Of a stretch of 49,361 nt of DNA, positions 9,141-18,155 are shown piece after piece. The notes under the pieces are model-generated. The model saw only the letters and a program-made list of their open reading frames with translations. It was not told the origin of the DNA and did not search any database. The stretch is from Geodermatophilaceae bacterium (lineage in GTDB: Bacteria > Actinomycetota > Actinomycetes > Mycobacteriales > Geodermatophilaceae), in the NCBI GenBank assembly GCA_051000515.1, contig JBPCOF010000344.1, forward strand, positions 1 through 49,361, written 5' to 3'. Every line of letters begins with the position of its first letter. Position 1 is the first letter of the stretch. A program made the position numbers and the translations under genes.

Positions 9141-10316
9141 ATGACCGAATACGACCCGAGAACTGCCACCGGGATTCCCACCGAGCCAGTCGGTTCGCTG
9201 CCCCGTCCGGCCAAGCTGCAGGAGGCCTACGCGGGCTACGACGCCGGCACGACCAGTAAGGACGAGCTCGAATCGCTTCAGGAAGAAGCGGTTCAGGACT
9301 CCCTCGACCGCGGCGCCGCCACTGGCGCGCCGATCATCTCCGACGGGGAGCAGCGCTGGTCCAGCTTCGCGACCTATCCGATCACCGACACCCTGGCCGG
9401 GACCGGACTCGTCGACACCCTGTCCGGTGAAGGGGGCCAGTTCTTCGCCATCTTCGCCGACGGCCACGGCCGCCAGCTGCCGCGCCTGACCCACGGTCCG
9501 TTCACGTACAAGACCTATGCCGCGGAGACGCTGCAGAAATCCCTTGGGATGACCAACACGCCGCTCAAGCAGGCCGTCATCGCGCCGTCCATGCTCGCTC
9601 TGCTCTACCCGCTCAAGGACGAGATCTCGGACTACTCCCGCGAGCAATTCGAGTCCGACGTCTGCGACGAGACCGAGAAGGACATCCGGCAGGCCTTCGA
9701 GGCCGGTGCCGCTCGGGTCTCGATCGACTTCACCGAGGGCCGGTTGGCCACGCGGGCAGATCCCCGTAACCCGTGGACCGGGGCCGGCCTGCTTCCGCAC
9801 TTCATCGAGCTGAACAACAACGTCTTGGGCCGGTTCTCGGCCGAGGAGCGGGCCAGGATCGGCATCCACACCTGCCCCGGCGGTGACCGGGACTCGGTGC
9901 ACAGCGCCGACGTCCCCTACAACGACCTCCTGCCCAGCATGTTCAAGATCAATGCCGGGTACTTCCTGATCCAGCTCGCCAGCGAACGGGACAAGCCCAC
10001 GGTGCACAAGACGATCGGTGAGAACATTCGCGGTGATGCCGACGGCGTGACGCAGATGGCCTACATCGGTGTGATCAATCCGGGTAACCCTCGGGTGGAA
10101 TCGGCCGAGGAAGTATGCGATCACCTGATCGCGGCGGCCAACCACATCGACAAGCAGCAGCTGGGATCGACCGACGACTGCGGGTTCTCGCCGTTCAGCA
10201 TCGACGAGAAGCCCAACCACGGCTCCCCGGACTACGCCCGTGATGTCGCGTTCCAGAAGATCACGAATCGGGTCAAGGGCACCCAGATGGCCGCTGAGAA
10301 GCTGGGTATCTCCTAG
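9141..10316 (+). CDS. Single-barrel cobalamin-independent methionine synthase-like protein (MetE C-terminal-domain family)
   Basis: The 391-aa product shows Zn-ligand contexts IHTCPGGD and DDCGFSPF, and an N-terminal PTEPVGSLPRP. It lacks the second (folate-binding) barrel of about 760-aa MetE. AAGGAG lies 10 nt upstream of the ATG. Confidence 0.75.
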   Translation: MTEYDPRTATGIPTEPVGSLPRPAKLQEAYAGYDAGTTSKDELESLQEEAVQDSLDRGAATGAPIISDGEQRWSSFATYPITDTLAGTGLVDTLSGEGGQFFAIFADGHGRQLPRLTHGPFTYKTYAAETLQKSLGMTNTPLKQAVIAPSMLALLYPLKDEISDYSREQFESDVCDETEKDIRQAFEAGAARVSIDFTEGRLATRADPRNPWTGAGLLPHFIELNNNVLGRFSAEERARIGIHTCPGGDRDSVHSADVPYNDLLPSMFKINAGYFLIQLASERDKPTVHKTIGENIRGDADGVTQMAYIGVINPGNPRVESAEEVCDHLIAAANHIDKQQLGSTDDCGFSPFSIDEKPNHGSPDYARDVAFQKITNRVKGTQMAAEKLGIS

Positions 10317-10356
10317 GCCCTAGCCCTCGATGCAGTCCGGCACCGGAACTACGGCG

Positions 10357-10410
10357 CTGGTACTACAACACCGCGGTAGCGACCTTGATGCCGCGGTGTT
10401 GTAGTACCAG
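10357..10410. terminator. Perfect 20-bp inverted repeat (14-nt loop) between convergent genes
   Basis: CTGGTACTACAACACCGCGG (10357-10376) pairs with CCGCGGTGTTGTAGTACCAG (10391-10410). It covers the last 16 codons and the stop of the TetR gene. Confidence 0.4.
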
Positions 10411-10980
10411 GACCCCGATTTCCTTGGCCCGCATCGCTGCCTGGCCATCACCTTCCAGGGCGGAGATGATGGAGCCCTTCATCAGGATGTGCCACTGACG
10501 AGCAAACGAGTCGGTGTCGGCGATCCCAGCGCCCTCGGCGAGTTCGCGCAGGAAGCCGCGGATGTTCTCCAGATTCGCGACTGTGGCAACCCGCACCGGA
10601 TTGGTCACGTCGGTGTGTTCGAGCAGGACTTGGATGAACGTGCAGCCCTCGAACTCCGGGGTCTGGAACCAGTCATGGAAGACATCGAAGATCGCGAGCA
10701 GCCGGGCGCTCGGGTCGGATTCGCGTCGGACCACCTCGGCGGCCAGCCACTGTCGGGTCCAGAGTTGTTCACGACGCTCCAGAAAGGCCAGGATCAGGTC
10801 TTCCTTGGAGGGGAAGTGCCGGTAGAGCGTCATCTTGGCCACGGCCGCCCGTGCCACCACCGCGTCCACACCGACGGTGCGCGTACCGCCACGACTGAAC
10901 AGTTCATAGGCCGCGCGCATCGTGCGTTCACGGCCGCCGTCGACGAGCACGGGGTTCCTACCCTGTTGCTTCGTTGTCAT
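10363..10980 (-). CDS. TetR/AcrR family transcriptional regulator
   Basis: The HTH GVDAVVARAAVAKMTLYRHFPSKEDL is the TetR signature. The start is taken at ATG 10978-10980 (MTTKQQ). Confidence 0.8.
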   Translation of the reverse strand: MTTKQQGRNPVLVDGGRERTMRAAYELFSRGGTRTVGVDAVVARAAVAKMTLYRHFPSKEDLILAFLERREQLWTRQWLAAEVVRRESDPSARLLAIFDVFHDWFQTPEFEGCTFIQVLLEHTDVTNPVRVATVANLENIRGFLRELAEGAGIADTDSFARQWHILMKGSIISALEGDGQAAMRAKEIGVLVLQHRGIKVATAVL

Positions 10981-11004
10981 GTCGTCACCAACTGTTCGAC
11001 CCAA

Positions 11005-11020
11005 TGGACATCGATGTGCA
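11005..11020. promoter_or_regulatory. Candidate TetR operator palindrome TGGACATCGATGTGCA
   Basis: A 16-bp palindrome with 7 of 8 positions paired, lying 25-40 nt upstream of the TetR start codon. Confidence 0.25.
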
Positions 11021-11137
11021 CGAGGATGGGGCTCTCCTCGCACTCCCACGAGTGTCGCAGACACCCCTTCATTGACCGCTGGACGTCTCGGCAAACCTAT
11101 TCAAGCCTCGTTCCGACGATCAGGGATCGACTGTGGG

Positions 11138-12340
11138 TCAGAGCCCTGCTGCACTGCGCAGTACATCGGCGTGATCGGTGTTCTCCCAAATGAACTCGGC
11201 GTCGTCGCGGCCGAAGTGGCCATAGGCCGACGTCGCGCTGTAGATCGGCCGGTGCAGCTTGAGGTAGTCGCGGAAGGCGGCCGGGCGCAGGTCGAAGTGC
11301 TCGTCGACGAGTTCGCGGATCACCGACTTGGCCACCTTCTCGGTTCCGAACGTCTCCACCAGCAGCGACAGCGGACGGGCCACCCCGATGGCGTAGGCGA
11401 CTTGGACCTCCGCGCGGTCGGCCAGGCCGGCAGCGACGATGTTCTTGGCGACGTATCGGGCGGCATAGGCAGCCGAGCGGTCCACCTTCGACGGATCCTT
11501 TCCGGAGAAGGCGCCTCCGCCGTGACGGGCGAAACCACCGTAGGTGTCCACGATGATCTTGCGACCGGTCAGGCCGGCGTCCCCGACCGGGCCGCCGATG
11601 ACGAATCGACCGGTCGGGTTCACGAAGAAGTTCGCCCGCAGGCTTTCGGCGTCGTAGAGCTCGGCCGGGATCACCTTGACGACGACCTCGTTCCAGAGCT
11701 CGTCGACCAGGTTGGCCTCGGAATCCTCGTCGTGCTGGGTCGAGATCAGGACCTTCTCCACCGACACCGGCACGCCGTCGACGTACCGGACGGTGACCTG
11801 GGTCTTGCCGTCCGGGCGCAAGTGCGGCAGGACGCCGCTCTTGCGCACATGGGCCAGCTGACGGGCCAGCCGGTGGGCCAGCGCAATCGCCATCGGCATG
11901 AGCTCCGGCGTCTCGTTCGTGGCGTAGCCGAACATCATTCCCTGATCGCCGGCACCGACCGAGTCGAGCGTGTCCGTGCTGGACTGCGACCGCGCCTCGC
12001 GGGCGGTGTCGACACCCTGGGCGATGTCCGGGGACTGCCGGTCCACGGCGACCAGCACCGCGACGTGGTCAGGGTCGAAGCCACAGGCGGCGGTGTAGCC
12101 GATCCTGCGAATCGTGTCCCGCACGATGTCGGTGTACGGGATCTGCCCGGGCGTGGTGATCTCACCGGCGATGACGACCATGCCGGTGGTGACCATCGTC
12201 TCGCAGGCCACCCGGGAGTACGGGTCGAGTTGCAGAGCCGCGTCCAGGATCGCGTCGGAGATGGCGTCGGCCATCTTGTCCGGATGGCCTTCGGTCACCG
12301 ATTCCGACGTGAACATGAACTCGTTGTCAGCGTGGGCCAT
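11138..12340 (-). CDS. metK: S-adenosylmethionine synthetase
   Basis: Signature motifs [29 protein letters not shown] and [19 protein letters not shown] are present. The start lies 5 nt after the upstream stop. Confidence 0.95.
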   Translation of the reverse strand: MAHADNEFMFTSESVTEGHPDKMADAISDAILDAALQLDPYSRVACETMVTTGMVVIAGEITTPGQIPYTDIVRDTIRRIGYTAACGFDPDHVAVLVAVDRQSPDIAQGVDTAREARSQSSTDTLDSVGAGDQGMMFGYATNETPELMPMAIALAHRLARQLAHVRKSGVLPHLRPDGKTQVTVRYVDGVPVSVEKVLISTQHDEDSEANLVDELWNEVVVKVIPAELYDAESLRANFFVNPTGRFVIGGPVGDAGLTGRKIIVDTYGGFARHGGGAFSGKDPSKVDRSAAYAARYVAKNIVAAGLADRAEVQVAYAIGVARPLSLLVETFGTEKVAKSVIRELVDEHFDLRPAAFRDYLKLHRPIYSATSAYGHFGRDDAEFIWENTDHADVLRSAAGL

Positions 12341-12345
12341 GGGGG

Positions 12346-13452
12346 CTAGCTCTCCTCTGTCAGGGCGGGTGCCGAGGGTTCGGCAATTGCCTCGTTGCTG
12401 GGTAGGGACAGATCTCGGCGTACGGCGGCGGCACCGCTGACCATCGCCTTCAATTTGGCGCGGGCCACAAAGGCCGGAAGATGCCGAAGGCCGCAGTCCG
12501 GATTGACGATCAACCGTTCCGGGGGGACGACCTCGAGAGCGCGGCGGATGCGTGCGGCCACGACATCCGCGCTCTCGATGTCCTCGCTCTTCACGTCGAC
12601 GACGCCGAGCCCGAGCCGACGCTCCCAGGGATAGCGCTTGAACAGGGCAAGGTCGCCGTATCCCTTGCGGGCGAACTCCAAGACGAGCGTGCCGACTTCA
12701 GCGTCGAGGACTGCCGGGAAGAGGAAGTCGTAGTGGCCCTCCCAGGACGGGCGGGCGTAGCGGTTGCCGTAACAGACGTGCAGGGCCCAATCGGCCTGCA
12801 CGTCCTTGGTGACGAGATTGATCGCGTCAATGGCCAATCCGGCGTCGTCGGGATAACCGGCCAGGAACGGCTCGTCGATCTGCAACCGCGTAGCACCGGC
12901 TGCCACCAACTCCCGGGCCTCGGCGTTCAGCGCGCGGGCAAGCGATCGAACCAGATCGGCACGGTCGGAATAGGCCGAGTTGCGGATCCGTCGGGACAGC
13001 GAGAAGGGTCCGGTGAAGCTGAACTTGATCGGTCGGTCGGTCTGGCTGCGGGTGAAGACGAAGTCGTCGACCAGGCCCAATGCCGATGTCTCCCCGGTCG
13101 GGAGCGGTTCGGGCACTTCTGCGTCGTAGTAGTCGTAGTAGTAGGACTTGTTGGTGTCCGAGATGGACACACCGGGGATCCGGGCCAGGAGATAGTCGAT
13201 GTCGTTGTCGCGCCGCAGCTCCCCGTCGGAGACGACATCGATGCCAGCCTGTTCCTGGTCCTTGATCGCCGCCTTGATCGCGACGTCGTGGATCTCGGCC
13301 AGGTGTGCCGGACTGATCCGGTGCAGGTAGTAGTCGGTCTTGAGCCGCTCCAGCCACTCCGGAACCGAGTAGGAGCCGACCACGGTGGTGGGCAGCAGCG
13401 GCAGGGTCGACGAGTCCGACGGTTTGGTCGAGTGCGCGGTTTCCTGACTCAT
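12346..13452 (-). CDS. Core (single-barrel) MetE-like homocysteine methyltransferase
   Basis: The 368-aa product has [21 protein letters not shown] and Zn-ligand contexts HVCYGN and NPDCGL. There is no N-terminal folate-binding barrel. ATG 13450-13452 lies 1 nt after the upstream stop. Confidence 0.8.
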   Translation of the reverse strand: MSQETAHSTKPSDSSTLPLLPTTVVGSYSVPEWLERLKTDYYLHRISPAHLAEIHDVAIKAAIKDQEQAGIDVVSDGELRRDNDIDYLLARIPGVSISDTNKSYYYDYYDAEVPEPLPTGETSALGLVDDFVFTRSQTDRPIKFSFTGPFSLSRRIRNSAYSDRADLVRSLARALNAEARELVAAGATRLQIDEPFLAGYPDDAGLAIDAINLVTKDVQADWALHVCYGNRYARPSWEGHYDFLFPAVLDAEVGTLVLEFARKGYGDLALFKRYPWERRLGLGVVDVKSEDIESADVVAARIRRALEVVPPERLIVNPDCGLRHLPAFVARAKLKAMVSGAAAVRRDLSLPSNEAIAEPSAPALTEES

Positions 13453-13453
13453 G

Positions 13454-14938
13454 TCAGTCGCGTACCTGGGCGGTGAGCGTGACGATGTTCGTGCCGCTGC
13501 GGTGCGCGAACGGGGCGTAGCCGACGTCAAAGCCCTTGCGCCGCCCGATGTGTTGCAGCAGCGGCCCGTTCACCCAGTTGACGATGGAGCCGTCGTATTT
13601 CCCAGGGCCTAGGAAGCCGGTGCGGTATTGGTGCGGGTCGGTGACGAAGATGTCGTGACATTGCAGCCGGCCGTATGGATGCAGTAGCGGCAGGGTGTCG
13701 ACGAAGCTCGCGATCGCTCCGTTGCTGACCTGCATCCGTACGTCACCGTGCCGCTCGAGCAGCGGCCGGAGCATCTCACCGTTGACGCCGGGTGCGATCT
13801 CGTAGAGGTCGAGTCCGGACATCGGCGCATAGCGCTCCTCCAGCTTCAGCGCATCCCAGACAGCCATCCAGAAAGCCGCTGCACGAGCGACATCCGGGAA
13901 GTGGGCCGACAGTGCGTCGACCAACACGTCCGGCCCGAGCGCTAGGAGCTTGTCGATCGCACCGACCAACTTGTCCGCCTCGATCCCGAACTCCGCGCAG
14001 ATCCGGGCCGCGTCGGACTTTCCGACATAGGACCGGATTTCAGCGCTGTAGGTGTGCCCGCCGATCTGGGCGACGTCCTCGGTGGGCAGGTTGTCGTAGA
14101 CGTTCGAGATGTAGACCAGGAAGACCTTGTAACGCAGGAAACCCAGGGCGGTCATCGGGGTGGTCGCATCCAGGGCGAACGAACTCACGTGGGCGGCATG
14201 GTCGGACACGTTCTCCCGGGCCAGTGCCAGCACGTGCTCGGAGTAGTCGCACATCATGTAGTGCAGCCGGCGGTAGTACTCGCTGCCGTGCGCGGCATCG
14301 AGTTTCGCGAACTCGTCGAGCCAGGTCTTGGCCTGGTTGCCATTGCCCACGCCGAGTTCGATGACGTACAGCTCGTCGGGCAGAGCGTTGTGTGCGGCCA
14401 GATCGTCCCAGACGGTCAACATCTCTTTGATGAGCTCGTGGACGCCGGCGATGTTTCGAGCATCGCTCTCCCCGCCCGGCAGCGCCTGCTCGTACAGCCG
14501 ACCGGTCGCCTTCTCCCAGACCCCGAGGAAGCGCCAGTACAGCGAATTGAACTCCCAGATCCGGCTCGTGGTTCCGGTGGACCAGTCCTCGAGATAGACC
14601 CGGTCCAGCCCTTCGGGCTCGCTGCGGCGGGCCAGTACGTCGCGCACCACGTCGGCGAGATCGGTGTCGGCACACCGACGCAGGTCGACTGCGATCTCGA
14701 GGTTGTCCTCGTCCGGCTCGGCGTTGGCACCGTTGCGCGCAGCCGGCGACAGGATCGGCCGTACGTCGATGACATTTCGGAAATTGTTCTTGTACTGCAC
14801 CCAGTCACAGACCAGCCGCAGCCGGGACAGGTCGATGGCGTCCTCGCACAGGGCGTCGACGATGGGCGACAGACAGGCCGTCAGGTCCAGCGCTCTGGCG
14901 CCCCGCAGTTTCTTTGTGGGACGAACCTCAACCAGCAT
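13454..14938 (-). CDS. Uncharacterised class I SAM-dependent methyltransferase-like protein (MidA/DUF185-like by eye)
   Basis: Motif I is YVIELGVGNGNQA. It is followed by HYMMCDYSEHVL and VYISNVYDNLP, which resembles the MidA pattern E-x-G-x-G...Y-x-x-E-x-S...NE-x-x-D-A-x-P. The start is ATG 14938 (GAAAGG 6 nt upstream) or 14944. Either start overlaps the metF stop at 14928-14930. Confidence 0.6.
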   Translation of the reverse strand: MLVEVRPTKKLRGARALDLTACLSPIVDALCEDAIDLSRLRLVCDWVQYKNNFRNVIDVRPILSPAARNGANAEPDEDNLEIAVDLRRCADTDLADVVRDVLARRSEPEGLDRVYLEDWSTGTTSRIWEFNSLYWRFLGVWEKATGRLYEQALPGGESDARNIAGVHELIKEMLTVWDDLAAHNALPDELYVIELGVGNGNQAKTWLDEFAKLDAAHGSEYYRRLHYMMCDYSEHVLALARENVSDHAAHVSSFALDATTPMTALGFLRYKVFLVYISNVYDNLPTEDVAQIGGHTYSAEIRSYVGKSDAARICAEFGIEADKLVGAIDKLLALGPDVLVDALSAHFPDVARAAAFWMAVWDALKLEERYAPMSGLDLYEIAPGVNGEMLRPLLERHGDVRMQVSNGAIASFVDTLPLLHPYGRLQCHDIFVTDPHQYRTGFLGPGKYDGSIVNWVNGPLLQHIGRRKGFDVGYAPFAHRSGTNIVTLTAQVRD

Positions 14939-15905
14939 TGTCATCCTTTCGGCGGCTTCCCGTTGCCGTGGCGGACGCGGTCGCCGTACGTGGCGGGAGC
15001 CCGGCGCGCTCGAGCAGTTCGGGTACGACCTGCTCCTGGCCAAAAGCCATGACATGTACACCGGCCACGCCAGTCATCTCACGCAGCTGCTCGATGGTCT
15101 CGACGCACAGTGCCATGCCCTGCGCCGCAACCTGATCCGAGGGAACGCCGCGTAACCGCCGTACGACGTGGTCGGGGATGTGGATACCGGGAACCTTGGA
15201 CTGCATGAACTCCATCGCCCGTACCGTGCGGATCGGTCCGACGCCGGCGATCACTCCGCAGCGCTGCTCGAGCCCGAGGTCGGTGACCTCGCTCATCCAG
15301 CGGCCGAAGAGGTCCAGATCGAAGACGAACTGGGTCTGGATGAACTCCGCGCCGGCAGCGACCTTCTTACCCATCCGTCGGGCACGAAAACGCAGCGGCG
15401 GTGCGAAGGGGTTCTCGACGGCGCCGATCAGCCAGTGCGGTGCCGGCTTCACCGGCTTACCGGACAGCAGCCGTCCCTGGTCACGCATCAACCGTGCGGT
15501 CCAGATGAGCTGGACGCTGTCCAGGTCGAAGACCGGCATCGCGTCAGGATGATCGCCGAAGGTCGGATGATCCCCGGACAGCATCAGGACGTTCGGGATG
15601 CCGACGGCGCCGGCCGAGATCAGATCCGATTGCAGGGCGATCCGGTTGCGGTCGCGAGTCGTCAGCTGCATGACCGGCTCGACGCCATTGCGCAGGGCCA
15701 GGATGCTGCCCGCCCAGCTCGCCAAGCGGGTGTGCGAGCCCTGGTTGTCGGTGATGTTGGCCGCGTCCACCCAGTCCCGGAGCAGCTCCGCCTTGTTCGC
15801 GATCGCCCCAGCGTCGGCACCGCGCGGCGGCCCGATCTCCGCGGTGACCGCGAATCGGCCGGAGTGCAGCGCGGTTCGCAGCCGTCCCTTCCCGGCCGGG
15901 ATCAC
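14928..15905 (-). CDS. metF: Methylenetetrahydrofolate reductase
   Basis: MTHFR family pattern is present: FAVTAEIGPPRG, ANITDNQG, QLTTRDRNR and LMLSGDHP. The start overlaps the metV-like stop (ATGA at 15902-15905). Confidence 0.85.
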   Translation of the reverse strand: MIPAGKGRLRTALHSGRFAVTAEIGPPRGADAGAIANKAELLRDWVDAANITDNQGSHTRLASWAGSILALRNGVEPVMQLTTRDRNRIALQSDLISAGAVGIPNVLMLSGDHPTFGDHPDAMPVFDLDSVQLIWTARLMRDQGRLLSGKPVKPAPHWLIGAVENPFAPPLRFRARRMGKKVAAGAEFIQTQFVFDLDLFGRWMSEVTDLGLEQRCGVIAGVGPIRTVRAMEFMQSKVPGIHIPDHVVRRLRGVPSDQVAAQGMALCVETIEQLREMTGVAGVHVMAFGQEQVVPELLERAGLPPRTATASATATGSRRKDDNAG

Positions 15906-16390
15906 AGGTTCGGTCCCTCGGCCACCAGTCGTAGGTCGGTGAGCACCAGATGGGTGCGGGTCAGGCCGTCATCTGTGGTCCACAAGTCGTCGTCGCGGCC
16001 CTGCCAGTAGCTGACCCAGGAACTCTTGCCCCACTCCCGGTGGTCGATCGGACGCTGCAGGAGGGTCAGATCGCTGACTCTGCCCTGCTGTTCGGCCCGT
16101 TCGTATGCGGTGACCCAGACGCACTGGGTGTCGGGGTAGACCTCGCAGGCGCCAGTGGCCGACACCCCTCCACAGGGGCCGTTGCGCAGCTGCTTGGGGC
16201 AGGTCATGGGACAGGCATAGCCGGTTGCCGGCAGCGCACACTGACCGCACATCCGGCACCCGAACGCGCGGCCCTTGACCTGCTTCTCGGCCTGGGTGAA
16301 CGCCTTGCCCAGCCGCTCGTGCCGTTCCAGGAAACCGGCGATGAAGCGCTTCACCGGGCCGGGGGTCAGGAGGTGATGCAACATGTACAT
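15902..16390 (-). CDS. MTHFR C-terminal-domain (MetV-like) Cys-rich protein
   Basis: The Cys cluster FGCRMCGQCALPATGYACPMTCPKQLRNGPCGG is typical of the small subunit of MetVF-type reductases. ATG 16388-16390 was chosen, but no clear SD precedes it. Confidence 0.7.
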   Translation of the reverse strand: MYMLHHLLTPGPVKRFIAGFLERHERLGKAFTQAEKQVKGRAFGCRMCGQCALPATGYACPMTCPKQLRNGPCGGVSATGACEVYPDTQCVWVTAYERAEQQGRVSDLTLLQRPIDHREWGKSSWVSYWQGRDDDLWTTDDGLTRTHLVLTDLRLVAEGPNL

Positions 16391-16634
16391 CGAACGTGCC
16401 GACCACGAGGGCCTAGTCGGTCGGGGCCAGGCCGCCCCGCTGACGACCGTGCTCAGTCCCGTACGGACAGGAGCACGGCGACAGTGCTGCGCATCGTGCC
16501 TCCAGCCAGCGCTCATCCACCCGGTCGGGTGACCGAACTCCCATCATCGCCTCAATGTGCAAGCCCGGGTAGCCGCATTCGACCACAAATTCCATCGCCC
16601 GGGCTTTGTGCCGCCAGCACAACCCTCGGCTCTT

Positions 16635-18155
16635 TCAGCCGTACGGCGTGAGGAGTTGATCGACGGGCGCGAAGTCATCGGTCAGAATCAACGGGTCCAG
16701 GCCGAGAAAGTCGTCGAGCTGCTGCTGGCTCACCATCGACATCGGGGTGGCCCGGTCGAGCAGGCCGGCTCCAATCGCGACCCGGTCCAACGGCTCGTCG
16801 GATGCCAGCACCACGATGTTCCCGCCAGGGGCGCCGCTCAGGTCGCCGGTGGGACTGATGACCAGCAGGTGGTCGAATATCGAGGCGACGGTGGCGATCT
16901 CGGCGCGGGCGAAGTCCAACGGGTCGTGATCGATGACGTTGAGCGCATACAGACCGCCGGGCACGAGCGCTCTGGATACCTCCGCGACGGCTTCGCGAGT
17001 GGTCAGATGCCAGGGAACGGCCACCCCACCGAAGGCATCCCCGACCACGACGTCGGATTGGCGACTCGGCGCCTGGGCCAGGCCGACTCGTCCGTCGCCC
17101 ACCGTGACCTGCAGCTCGTCGACGTCTGGGAGCGCAAGCCGCTCGCGGTCCACGGCGACCACTCCTGGGTCGAGCTCCACAACTGTGTTGACTCCCCCGG
17201 GTCGGGTATTCAGCAGGTACCGCGGCAGGGTCATCCCCCCGCCACCGATATGCAGAACCGACAGCGGCGTGCCCGGTATCGCATGCGCGTCGAGGGCGGC
17301 TGCGATGGCACGGGAGTAGGCGAACTCGAGGCGGGTCGGGTCGTCAAGGTCGACGTAGCTGTGCCGCAGGGTGTCCAGAATCAGCAGCCGTCCGCCATCG
17401 GAAACCGGCTGCACGCTGGCACAGTGATAACGCGTCTCGGTGTCACAGGGTTGTGGTGCAAGCACACCGAGACCGGCGCCCACGACGACGAGCGCGAGCA
17501 GTGCCGCCGTGGGACGCTGGATGGTTCTCGATCGGCCGGTCGTCGATCCACTGGAGGTCAGCAGCATCCCGAGGCCGGCCAGGGCCAGGAGTCCTCCGGT
17601 GCCGAGCAGGATGATGCTGGTCGGGACCAGCGCGACCAGGACGAATCCGGTCACGAAGGTGGCCACGATCGCCCCGAGAGTGCTGATGCCCGAGAGCCGC
17701 CCGACCACCGAGCCGGTCTCGGCGAGGCTGGCCAACTGCAGCTTGACGACCATGGGCGGGACCGCCGAGAGCAGTGCAGCGGGGGCGAACACGGTGATCG
17801 CGGCCAAGAGCAAGGCGACACTTGCCGCCTGACTCGGGCCGACCCATTGCGCGACGAACCGCACGATCGGAGTGATCAGCAGGACCAGGGCACCGCCGGA
17901 CAGCAGCAGCGGCCCGATCAGCCGGCGCGGGTTGCTCTGGTCCGCGACCCGCCCGCCGGCCCAGGCGCCGAGGGCGATCGCGGCGAGGGCGAACCCGATG
18001 ACCGCGGTGTTGGTCTCCAACGTGATACCGACGTACGGAGCGATCAGTCGCAGGGAGGTGATCTCCAGCACCAGCACAGCGGCCGAGGCTCCGAAGACCA
18101 GCGCCGCGGCGAGGTAGGGGTGTAGTTCTCGGGTCCGTGGGGTGGGCTCGCTCAT
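16635..18155 (-). CDS. Fused polytopic membrane domain / spermidine synthase-like protein
   Basis: The N-terminal half has about 7 hydrophobic helices. The C-terminal Rossmann fold shows VLHIGGGGMTLPRYL and DVVVGDAF. The start ATG overlaps the SRAP stop (ATGA at 18152-18155). Confidence 0.75.
   Translation of the reverse strand: MSEPTPRTRELHPYLAAALVFGASAAVLVLEITSLRLIAPYVGITLETNTAVIGFALAAIALGAWAGGRVADQSNPRRLIGPLLLSGGALVLLITPIVRFVAQWVGPSQAASVALLLAAITVFAPAALLSAVPPMVVKLQLASLAETGSVVGRLSGISTLGAIVATFVTGFVLVALVPTSIILLGTGGLLALAGLGMLLTSSGSTTGRSRTIQRPTAALLALVVVGAGLGVLAPQPCDTETRYHCASVQPVSDGGRLLILDTLRHSYVDLDDPTRLEFAYSRAIAAALDAHAIPGTPLSVLHIGGGGMTLPRYLLNTRPGGVNTVVELDPGVVAVDRERLALPDVDELQVTVGDGRVGLAQAPSRQSDVVVGDAFGGVAVPWHLTTREAVAEVSRALVPGGLYALNVIDHDPLDFARAEIATVASIFDHLLVISPTGDLSGAPGGNIVVLASDEPLDRVAIGAGLLDRATPMSMVSQQQLDDFLGLDPLILTDDFAPVDQLLTPYG

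Noticed and set aside
9135-10220. 361-aa minus-strand ORF
   Set aside because: It is antisense to the MetE-like gene, which has the Zn-ligand motifs and a strong SD. It is a shadow ORF.
10922-12349. 475-aa + strand ORF
   Set aside because: It is exactly antisense to metK, which has unambiguous signature motifs. The product is Arg/Gly/Val/Asp-rich with no recognisable domain. It is a typical shadow ORF of a high-GC genome.
16441-16560. Cobalamin riboswitch in the metV leader (GCAGCACTGT resembles the B12 box GCCACTG)
   Set aside because: The conserved GGGAA...GGTG-GAA-CC core is not present (it reads GGGAGTTCGGTCACCCGACC). I left it as a generic structured-leader finding.
16557-18125. 522-aa + strand ORF
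   Set aside because: It is antisense to the spermidine-synthase-like membrane protein. Its composition is extremely Arg/Gly/Asp/Gln-rich and low in complexity, so it is a shadow ORF.
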